Source: a virus
Taxonomy: Duplodnaviria > Caudoviricetes
Virus record (IMG/VR): IMGVR_UViG_3300009566_000010
Location: 1-27,429 of that record
Reading direction: 5' to 3' (one strand)
Length of the DNA: 27,429 bases
In this document: one piece after another, positions 17,656 to 24,177 of the stretch
How the letters are laid out: each line of letters opens with the position of its first letter
How positions within the stretch are numbered: the stretch's first letter is position 1
Program-made: the position numbers and the translations under genes
The notes under the pieces: model-generated
Seen by the model: only the letters and a program-made list of their open reading frames with translations
Told to the model about the DNA's origin: nothing
Databases searched by the model: none

Positions 17656-18099
17656 TTAATTACTCCTATATTTTTTATTTACAATTAATTCAAATTGATT
17701 ATTATATTTACGAGTAAGTGGGGATAATAATTCGATTTCTTTTTCTTCGTATAACCAAGATGGGACTGTAATTGAATTATCTTCATTCAACACGACCATT
17801 GATTTTGGGAAAAACATCATTTTGGTCATATTTCTATCCATATACTCATTTTCAACTTCAACAGATAATCCATAGCTTTTTTCAAAATCTTTGATGTCGC
17901 CACTTAATACGACAAATCTTTCTTCCAATTCTTTTTCTTTTTTTGTCCAAAACCAATCTGCAACTTCAACCATATTTTCATTTAATTTGACAGCGGATTT
18001 TGGAAACCATACAACAACTTCACCGTCGTTATAGGTTACTGAAAGATTTAAAGCCTTTTCTGTTTCTTTTACCAATTTTTTTACTTCTAAATTTTTCAT
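17656..18099 (-). CDS. Hypothetical protein with a duplicated [W/F]FPKS domain
   Basis: Two internal copies of EK[A/S]..LSV...FPKS.V.LNE....V..W....KE. Confidence 0.75.
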   Translation of the reverse strand: MKNLEVKKLVKETEKALNLSVTYNDGEVVVWFPKSAVKLNENMVEVADWFWTKKEKELEERFVVLSGDIKDFEKSYGLSVEVENEYMDRNMTKMMFFPKSMVVLNEDNSITVPSWLYEEKEIELLSPLTRKYNNQFELIVNKKYRSN

Positions 18100-18129
18100 C
18101 TTTTTACTTATTGCGTTTATTTATTAATT

Positions 18130-18171
18130 CAAAATTACGAAATTCAATAATACTGACAAAATATTTTGTCA
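18130..18171 (-). promoter_or_regulatory. Bacteroidota-type promoter TTTG-N19-TAATTTTG overlapped by palindrome TGACAAAATATTTTGTCA
   Basis: -7 box 18137-18130, -33 box 18160-18157, perfect palindrome 18154-18171. Confidence 0.7.
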
Positions 18172-18237
18172 AGTTTTTTGCATTTTTTTTCATTTTTGAA
18201 AAGTTTTTTTTAAAAAACGTGTAGAATTAATATAGAA

Positions 18238-18275
18238 AAGGCTTTACAGAGATTTGCGAAAGTCTGCAAAGCCTT
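18238..18275 (-). terminator. Hairpin in repeat copy 1, probable terminator
   Basis: AAGGCTTT...AAAGCCTT arms; on the - strand the stem runs into TTTTCTAT. Confidence 0.5.
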
Positions 18276-18360
18276 GCTGATACGAGCTGAAAAAAATCGA
18301 TGTCATAATATTAGTGCGCGAAACAAGATAATTTAATGCCATTGGATTCTTTCTCCATAT

Positions 18361-18969
18361 TTAATTGATTTTTAAAAAATTAAAATAATCTTCTGATTTT
18401 TCGAAAGTCCAGCCTGTATAGTAAATTGGTAAATTGTACTGCCGAGTGGCGCAGTCGAACCATCCATATTTTCCATTCATTTCTCTTTTTACTTCAAAGA
18501 AGAATGGGGGAACCTCCTTAACTCTCTCAACAAATTGTGCGTGTTGTCTTAGAAAATCAAATCGTTTCTCTTCTAATTCTCTTCTTTTGTTTTCTTGCTC
18601 TTTGGCTGCTTGGCTCTGCAATTCAAATAATCGTGCGTATTTTTCCCAATTCTCAGCCAAATCTACTATTTCATTTGAATTTAAAAAATACGTCTTCATC
18701 ATTTGCCCATTAAATGAGCCAGCATGATGCCACTCCATACTTGGCACAGCATAATGAATTATTTCTTTCACTTTTTCTAAATCAAGACCCGTAACTTTTT
18801 TGAATAATTGGCAAGTCTGCCCTAAAGTTAATTTGCCTTTATCCAGCTTGGCATCTAAATGCCGTCTTGATGCAAATTTGCCTCTAGATAAGCCACCACC
18901 GACTTCATAATTATCTGAATTATATTCAATTTGACTGTATTTTTCTGCTATTTCTTTTAATGTTTTCAT
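18361..18969 (-). CDS. Hypothetical accessory protein
   Basis: 202 aa, AGGGAAG RBS, conserved-looking 'EWHHAG...KTYF' motif. Confidence 0.75.
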   Translation of the reverse strand: MKTLKEIAEKYSQIEYNSDNYEVGGGLSRGKFASRRHLDAKLDKGKLTLGQTCQLFKKVTGLDLEKVKEIIHYAVPSMEWHHAGSFNGQMMKTYFLNSNEIVDLAENWEKYARLFELQSQAAKEQENKRRELEEKRFDFLRQHAQFVERVKEVPPFFFEVKREMNGKYGWFDCATRQYNLPIYYTGWTFEKSEDYFNFLKIN

Positions 18970-18979
18970 TTTACTTCCC

Positions 18980-19351
18980 TTAATTAATTTGAATTAAATG
19001 AACTATTGCCGATTTTTTACGATAAGGCATACCCTTAAATTCAATTGTTACTTGACCCTTTTCTGTTTCCAATTTAAAAATAGTCCAGGTAATTTGATAA
19101 TGAGTATTATCTTTTGTTATTTCTTGATTTTCTACTCTACATTGCACATCAGTTAATGGTGAATTCATTATATCAGCAGATTCACCACCAATATCTTGAA
19201 TATATATATGCTCATCATTATAATGTAAATTTTGAAGAACATATACACTATTGTCTTCACAACGTAATTCAACTACATCGCTGCCTGTTTTAAGACAGGA
19301 TATTTCTACAATGGTCTTGCCTTTTAATTCTTTAATATTTGTTATTTTCAT
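18980..19351 (-). CDS. Conserved phage hypothetical protein
   Basis: 'IYIQDIGG...D...SPL...TWTIFKLETEKGQVTI' resembles a widespread phage family of unknown function; ATG 19351 preferred because track start 19369 abuts the promoter. Confidence 0.65.
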   Translation of the reverse strand: MKITNIKELKGKTIVEISCLKTGSDVVELRCEDNSVYVLQNLHYNDEHIYIQDIGGESADIMNSPLTDVQCRVENQEITKDNTHYQITWTIFKLETEKGQVTIEFKGMPYRKKSAIVHLIQIN

Positions 19352-19373
19352 TGTTTTTCCTATTTGCATTTAA

Positions 19374-19601
19374 TTATTAATACAAAATTACGAAATTCTT
19401 ATAAACTGACAAAATATTTTGTCAAGTTTTTTGCATTTTTTTGCATTTTTTTTGCATTTTTGAAAAGTTTTTTTTAAAAACCGTGTAGAGTTAGAATAGA
19501 AAAGGCTTTGCGGATATTTGCGAAAGTCTGCAAAGCCTTGCTGATACAAGCTGAAAAAAATCGATGTCATAATATAAGTGCGCGAAACAAGATAATTTAA
19601 T
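19374..19601 (-). repeat. Direct repeat copy 2: hairpin (19502-19539) + A-tracts + palindrome + promoter
   Basis: Near-identical to 18121-18337, with one extra A-tract unit. Confidence 0.9.
19383..19424 (-). promoter_or_regulatory. Bacteroidota-type promoter TTTG-N19-TAATTTTG with the same 18-bp palindrome
   Basis: -7 box 19390-19383, -33 box 19413-19410, palindrome 19407-19424. Confidence 0.7.
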
Positions 19602-19606
19602 ATTAT

Positions 19607-20224
19607 TTAAATATGCCTTCCACCATTGGATTCGCTATGCGCCACTGCTACCCATCTATGTCGGCAATTATATCCTCCTGCAAAGTACAAGACGGGCAAT
19701 CCTTGGCCGTTATCCATTTTCTGAATTTCGCTAATGTGGTAAATTTTGCCAACGTGTTCGGCACACCAAGAACGTGCGCTCAATTTTGGTCCTACAAGTT
19801 TGAAATATTCTGGTTCCCCTATATCTTTTAATTTCTGAGCTTGCGTAATACCCGCTTTGGCGGTATCGACGGTTGTGCGAAGGTGTTGCTTCGCAACATT
19901 GCTTTGCGATTTAACAAGTTCCATCGCAAGATCGGGATCGGAGCTTCGCATCCCACGTCTGACGGCTTGCAAGACGCCTTTTTCAAATTTATCAGTGATA
20001 TTTTCGACATTTTCAACCGTTAAATCTTTAGTAAATTTTTTGATGAAGTCATCCTGGAGGGTGTTTTGAATGCGTCGCAGGATTTTATCAGCTTCTTTTA
20101 ATCCAAGGCGGCTGATTTTATATTTTTTAGCGAGCAATCTGATGCCATGCCTGATTTCGCCAGGATGACCTTCGGCAAATAAGCGTTCAACCAATTCCTG
20201 CACAGCTTTTAGAAATTCTTCCAT
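19607..20224 (-). CDS. MuF / SPP1 gp7-like minor head protein (short form)
   Basis: 'RSWCAEHVGKIY...GGYNCRHRW' C-terminal motif. Confidence 0.75.
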   Translation of the reverse strand: MEEFLKAVQELVERLFAEGHPGEIRHGIRLLAKKYKISRLGLKEADKILRRIQNTLQDDFIKKFTKDLTVENVENITDKFEKGVLQAVRRGMRSSDPDLAMELVKSQSNVAKQHLRTTVDTAKAGITQAQKLKDIGEPEYFKLVGPKLSARSWCAEHVGKIYHISEIQKMDNGQGLPVLYFAGGYNCRHRWVAVAHSESNGGRHI

Positions 20225-20463
20225 TATTTCAGCCCATTTTTATCAAATAAAGGCACTGGTTTGATTTGCAATTTATTAGGGTCAAGTTCTTCTCGGTATA
20301 TGATCCTGGTTTCCGTAAGATAATCTTCGCCACAGCGGCGACAAATAACACGGCGGGTATCGACATTGCTGTCGTAAATCCAGCCTTTATTTTCGACGAA
20401 TCTGCGTTCTCGAAAGACATCAATTACTCTAAATTTATCGCCGCTGCATCGAGGACAAAACAT
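20224..20463 (-). CDS. Zinc-ribbon protein (NrdR N-terminal/Ogr-like), possible late activator
   Basis: CPRC...RVID...RRVICRRCG...T pattern. Confidence 0.65.
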   Translation of the reverse strand: MFCPRCSGDKFRVIDVFRERRFVENKGWIYDSNVDTRRVICRRCGEDYLTETRIIYREELDPNKLQIKPVPLFDKNGLK

Positions 20464-20484
20464 ATTTTACCTTTATTTTTAATT

Positions 20485-20539
20485 CACAAGCGGAACGCTT
20501 ATGCTACTTTTTAATGCACAAGCGAGATACTTATGTAAT
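20485..20539 (-). repeat. Two tandem intergenic GTAG-foot REP-like palindromes
   Basis: GTAG-CATAAGCG-TTC-CGCTTGTG (20507-20485) and a degenerate ATTA-CATAAGTA-TCT-CGCTTGTG (20539-20517). Confidence 0.75.
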
Positions 20540-21009
20540 TATTCATTTAAATTTAAATTTGACATAATCTTATCAATCTTACTAACTTTGGGAATCTTGG
20601 GTCTATTGATGCGAGTCACTACTTTTCTCTCATTCAGAGAGAGCGTGATTTTATCGAATGCCCGTTCCAAATTTGAGTACCTATCAAGCATCGAATTCAT
20701 TTGCTTAATTGCGTTTAAAACGGTAGCGTGGTCTTGCCCTAAAAATTCGCCCAATGTGGTACAGGTGAAACCATAATAATTTGCAACTTTGCAAAAGAAA
20801 TATCGGGGAATAATTATTTCTAAATTACGATTTTTTTGCCTTATTACTTCGGCATCAATTTTGAAAAGATCTGCGACAGCTTCGGCAATTTGCTGGAGAG
20901 ATGCAAAATCCATATTTTCATCGGGCGCAGGTTCGGCCTCAGGTTCATCATAGACAAGCGAGACGCTTATGCTACTGGGCAGGGGCTGTGCTAAAGGTAT
21001 AATTGTCAT
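20539..21009 (-). CDS. DnaA domain IV-like (Bac_DnaA_C) HTH protein
   Basis: 'IAEAVADLFKI...RNLEIIIPRY...LGEFLGQDHATVLNAIK' matches the DnaA C-terminal pattern. Confidence 0.8.
   Translation of the reverse strand: MTIIPLAQPLPSSISVSLVYDEPEAEPAPDENMDFASLQQIAEAVADLFKIDAEVIRQKNRNLEIIIPRYFFCKVANYYGFTCTTLGEFLGQDHATVLNAIKQMNSMLDRYSNLERAFDKITLSLNERKVVTRINRPKIPKVSKIDKIMSNLNLNE
20953..20979 (-). repeat. In-frame REP-like palindrome (encodes PSSISVSLV)
   Basis: CCCA-GTAG-CATAAGCG-TCT-CGCTTGTC. Confidence 0.85.
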
Positions 21010-22118
21010 AATGCCTCCCCTTTGTTTAAAACAGCGATTTCTGATTTTAAAATAGTTGTCAATGCCTCCCAGCTTATGATATAGATGTGTTTATTTGTTT
21101 TGAAATATAATTCATTAGTTTTTGAAATTATGCCATACGAATATCCAGCGACGTTATCATCAAGAATCGAGCTATAATCGCTATAAATTTCTTCAAATTC
21201 TTCAAGCTTGAAAGACGCAAAAATTAAATTTGCTTTATTATCTGTTTTTTCTTTCCGCTCAAGGCTATGAGCGGGTTTATTCATTTGCGAGACGCTTGTG
21301 CTACTGGGTTTGGCTTCTTTTTTCAGCGCAAGCACTTGCTTATACGCAGCATCGAGAGAAATTATACCAGCTTCAAATTTGGCTCGCACTTCCTGCCAAT
21401 CATTATAGAGCTGTTCGCCCCGTTTAATGCTCATCCCCTCATCATAGAGCCGCGTCATTGCATTTGTCTGATATTCGTCATCAAGTACGGCAATTATTTT
21501 TTCAATTCGTTTTTCAGGAATATTGAATTCGTGTGCTAAAATCGCGGCAGTATCCCAATTTTGCTTTTCAATTTTCTCGGCAATTTTTGCAATTTCATCG
21601 GAATAATAAATATCAGTTATCGTTTCCGCCGACGGCGGAATCGCACTATCCCCGCCATTTTCTAACGCTGATTTCAATAAGTCTTTTCCTTTATTTTGTT
21701 TTAAATTATCAATTTGCCTCAAATATCCAAAATGTTTTAGCACTTTTTTTAATGCTTTCATTTCTTTGCTGATTTCAACGTCATTTTTTTTGCGATGCAA
21801 ATTTGAAAGAATGACATCTGCCCAAGCATCATCTGCATTTTCGTAATTTTTGACAATGCAAGGGACCGTATCTAATTCCAATTGTATTGCCGCTTTTAAT
21901 CGTCTATGGCCTGCGATTACAGTGTAGTAACCTTCTGCAACCTGCTGTATGCAATCACTATTGCTAACCAGCAGAGGTTGTAATATGCTCCGAGTTTCAA
22001 TGCTTTGCAAAAACTCTTCTTCGAGTTCTTTATCTTTGTAAATTTCGCACTGACGCGGATGTGGGAGCAAGTGGCTCGTTTCGATATAAATAATTTCTTT
22101 TGTTTTTTCTGTATTCAT
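21006..22118 (-). CDS. ParB/Srx N-terminal domain protein
   Basis: 'LLPHPRQ...LQSI...ILQPLLV...VIAGHRRLKAA...VPC...SNLHR' with an intact GxRR motif. Confidence 0.85.
   Translation of the reverse strand: MNTEKTKEIIYIETSHLLPHPRQCEIYKDKELEEEFLQSIETRSILQPLLVSNSDCIQQVAEGYYTVIAGHRRLKAAIQLELDTVPCIVKNYENADDAWADVILSNLHRKKNDVEISKEMKALKKVLKHFGYLRQIDNLKQNKGKDLLKSALENGGDSAIPPSAETITDIYYSDEIAKIAEKIEKQNWDTAAILAHEFNIPEKRIEKIIAVLDDEYQTNAMTRLYDEGMSIKRGEQLYNDWQEVRAKFEAGIISLDAAYKQVLALKKEAKPSSTSVSQMNKPAHSLERKEKTDNKANLIFASFKLEEFEEIYSDYSSILDDNVAGYSYGIISKTNELYFKTNKHIYIISWEALTTILKSEIAVLNKGEAL
21282..21308 (-). repeat. In-frame REP-like palindrome (encodes PSSTSVSQM), one arm degenerate
   Basis: CCCA-GTAG-CACAAGCG-TCT-CGCAAATG. 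Confidence 0.8.
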
Positions 22119-22135
22119 ATTTCTCCTTATTATTT

Positions 22136-22173
22136 AAAACTCCCTGCCCCCTGATTTAAAGAGGGGACAGGGA
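22136..22173 (-). terminator. Strong intergenic hairpin, probable terminator inside the early operon
   Basis: TCCCTGTCCCCT-N9-AGGGGGCAGGGA followed by GTTTT on the - strand. Confidence 0.6.
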
Positions 22174-22179
22174 TAATTG

Positions 22180-22665
22180 CTATTTTTTGTTTGGTTTTAT
22201 GAATGTGATAGTTGTTGATGATTTGATGGCGACAGCTTTGCGTATGATTTCTTTGTCTTTATAATCCGCATCGAATACCAACTCTCGCAAAGCAGGTTTG
22301 ACGCCATAATTGATTTTTTCCTCGACAAAAAGCCCAATTTGATCTCCAAATAGCTTTTTTAAATCTAAATATTTATCTGGGATAACGCTGTAATTGTGCG
22401 TTGTGCGTCTCTCAACCGCACCAAATGCGGTGATGAATTTTTGCGAGGTATCATCATTGTCGAGTTTTTCTTTCCAATAATCTTTTATAGCGTCAAGCTT
22501 GGCGCTATAATCATCGATAAGTTGTTTTAATTGAAGGGCATCAATTATTGATTGCTCTTCTTCTGAAATAGATTGCGTAATCTGGGCTTGGACGCCCTGT
22601 TCTTTTTCGAGAATGAAATTCTCTGCGGTTCTTTTTGTTGATTTTTTTTCTTTTTTAGCGTTCAT
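22180..22665 (-). CDS. Possible Mu Gam-like host-nuclease inhibitor
   Basis: Coiled coil then 'KFITAFGAVERR'; position in a Mu-like early operon. Confidence 0.45.
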   Translation of the reverse strand: MNAKKEKKSTKRTAENFILEKEQGVQAQITQSISEEEQSIIDALQLKQLIDDYSAKLDAIKDYWKEKLDNDDTSQKFITAFGAVERRTTHNYSVIPDKYLDLKKLFGDQIGLFVEEKINYGVKPALRELVFDADYKDKEIIRKAVAIKSSTTITFIKPNKK

Positions 22666-22702
22666 TTTGCTAATTCCTTTATTTTAAATGGTTTTTAATA
22701 AA

Positions 22703-23236
22703 TTATAAATCTAAATTTCGTTTCAAATATTTAATAAATAATATTTCCGCAGGTTCGCCATTCAAAAGGCGCTGCACTTGTGTATCACTTATAACTTTGT
22801 AGTGATAGCCGACCATCGTATTGAATTCTGAGCCGATGGGATGTTCCTTTAAAAATTTTTTAGTCCACAATTCTTCAGCATATTTTTTTGCCTGGGCTTT
22901 ATTTTGCACAAGCGAGACGCTTGTGCTACTGGGTATTGGATTTGGATTATCCTTAATTATATAAAGCCCTTTTTGGATATCTAAATCAAACCAGCGCAGG
23001 ACAGTTTGATAGACACTGCGATTTTTCTTCTCTATTCCTTTCCAATTGTCCATTTTGGCGAGTTGTCGCTTGACGTCAATTAGAGGGAATTTTGCAACAA
23101 GCTTGAAAGCTTGGTCATCAGTGAGCTGCTGCTCCATTTTTGCAACGTATTTGCAAGCATCCTGGACATAATATTGCAGATTTTTTGCTAATTTTTGCAG
23201 ATGCTCATCAATTTGATGTCTTTTTAATTCAACCAT
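22703..23236 (-). CDS. Hypothetical protein; central domain resembles phage replication-protein C-termini
   Basis: 'LVAKFPLIDVKRQLAKMDNW...SVYQTVLRW' pattern (weak recognition). Confidence 0.5.
   Translation of the reverse strand: MVELKRHQIDEHLQKLAKNLQYYVQDACKYVAKMEQQLTDDQAFKLVAKFPLIDVKRQLAKMDNWKGIEKKNRSVYQTVLRWFDLDIQKGLYIIKDNPNPIPSSTSVSLVQNKAQAKKYAEELWTKKFLKEHPIGSEFNTMVGYHYKVISDTQVQRLLNGEPAEILFIKYLKRNLDL
22906..22933 (-). repeat. In-frame perfect REP-like palindrome (encodes PSSTSVSLV)
   Basis: GCACAAGCG-AGA-CGCTTGTGC 9-bp perfect stem with GTAG foot on the - strand. Confidence 0.9.
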
Positions 23237-23811
23237 GGCGTAACCTCCGGTTGTGTTTTATTTTTACAATTTTGAAATATCTGCTCGAATCGTGTAATTA
23301 AATAGCTCGCTTCAGTCACGGAGAGTTTTTCAAAATAAAAAACTGAGGGCTTTCGATTAATTTGCTTGTAACCACCTTGTAATAGGAATTCATTGCATTT
23401 TGGATTAATCCATTGTTCATACAAGTGCCTCACAATATTGCTGGGGAGTCTTTCGTGATTTTCGAACCAGCTTATCAGCAATTTTCTAATTGCATCACCT
23501 TCGTAGACCTCATCATCGATAACATAACTCCCCTTCAAATCTGCGTATACAAGCGCAACGGAAATTGCATAATATTTAAGAGTACTGAGCTGTTGCACCG
23601 TTACCCGCTTCATTGGGATATTGTTAAGATATTCGATTACCTTTTCAAGCTCCTTTTCGGTCATTTCGTCATAATGTTTGTGAAATTGCCGATGAGTCTC
23701 ATAATCGCGCAATGCCTTAACTGCTTCAGGATCATTTTGATAATTGGGATGGATATTACTCCGGGCGGCCAAGTACAATTTTCTGTGCAATTTTTTCAAA
23801 TTTGCATTCAT
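23224..23811 (-). CDS. GemA/gp16-like regulatory protein
   Basis: 'EMTEKELEKVIEYL' and 'KLSVTEASYLITRF' helices as in the Mu gp16/DUF1018 family; position. Confidence 0.55.
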   Translation of the reverse strand: MNANLKKLHRKLYLAARSNIHPNYQNDPEAVKALRDYETHRQFHKHYDEMTEKELEKVIEYLNNIPMKRVTVQQLSTLKYYAISVALVYADLKGSYVIDDEVYEGDAIRKLLISWFENHERLPSNIVRHLYEQWINPKCNEFLLQGGYKQINRKPSVFYFEKLSVTEASYLITRFEQIFQNCKNKTQPEVTPWLN

Positions 23812-24155
23812 TTCCCCTCCTCATCTTTTAAATTATTCAACTTCTCTTCGAGTGTTCTGCCATCAACGTCGGCGAGGATTGCGTCCATTATGCCATTCAG
23901 TGCAGTGGTTGCATCGTGAAAGATTGTTTTCACGATTTTTCTCTCTTGTTTTAATTTTTTTAATTCGATTTGCAATTTCTCTTCTGCGATTTTGCGTTTA
24001 ACAGATAGAATTTCTTTATCAAGCCTATCCATTTTTGTAGCTGCACCTGCAATGCGTGCGGTAGCTCGTTTGATTATATCGAGCTGTCGATTTGAAATTT
24101 TTAGGGCTCTTACTGGCAAAATTGTATCGCCAATTCTAATAATTTCATCATTCAT
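23808..24155 (-). CDS. Hypothetical coiled-coil protein (in the usual MuB position)
   Basis: 115 aa, AAGGAG RBS, no Walker motifs. Confidence 0.7.
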   Translation of the reverse strand: MNDEIIRIGDTILPVRALKISNRQLDIIKRATARIAGAATKMDRLDKEILSVKRKIAEEKLQIELKKLKQERKIVKTIFHDATTALNGIMDAILADVDGRTLEEKLNNLKDEEGK

Positions 24156-24177
24156 AATTTTACTCCTTCAAAAAAAT

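Larger units (their letters stand above)
18121..18337 (-). repeat. Direct repeat copy 1: hairpin + A-tracts + 18-bp palindrome + promoter
   Basis: Near-identical to 19374-19601 by direct alignment. Confidence 0.9.

Noticed and set aside
19388-19570. 60-aa ORF inside repeat copy 2 (and a 32-codon ORF 18244..18342 in copy 1)
   Set aside because: The frame stops early in copy 1 and runs through A-tracts of differing length; conservation fits regulatory DNA better
18121-19601. DGR template/variable repeat pair
   Set aside because: Both copies are intergenic, differences are not adenine-specific, and no reverse transcriptase is present
19607-20224. MuF polymorphic toxin with a downstream immunity gene
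   Set aside because: The protein ends ~14 aa after the NCRH motif, so there is no toxin extension; the next gene has its own promoter
20539-21009. Chromosomal dnaA
   Set aside because: Only the C-terminal HTH is present, there is no AAA+ domain, and the context is phage
21255-21274. CCGCTC-N8-GAGCGG hairpin next to the in-frame palindrome in the ParB gene
   Set aside because: Only a 6-bp stem in single copy; compatible with chance
21006-22118. Canonical parAB partition operon or ParB-methyltransferase fusion
   Set aside because: No ParA Walker ATPase nearby and no recognisable methyltransferase motifs
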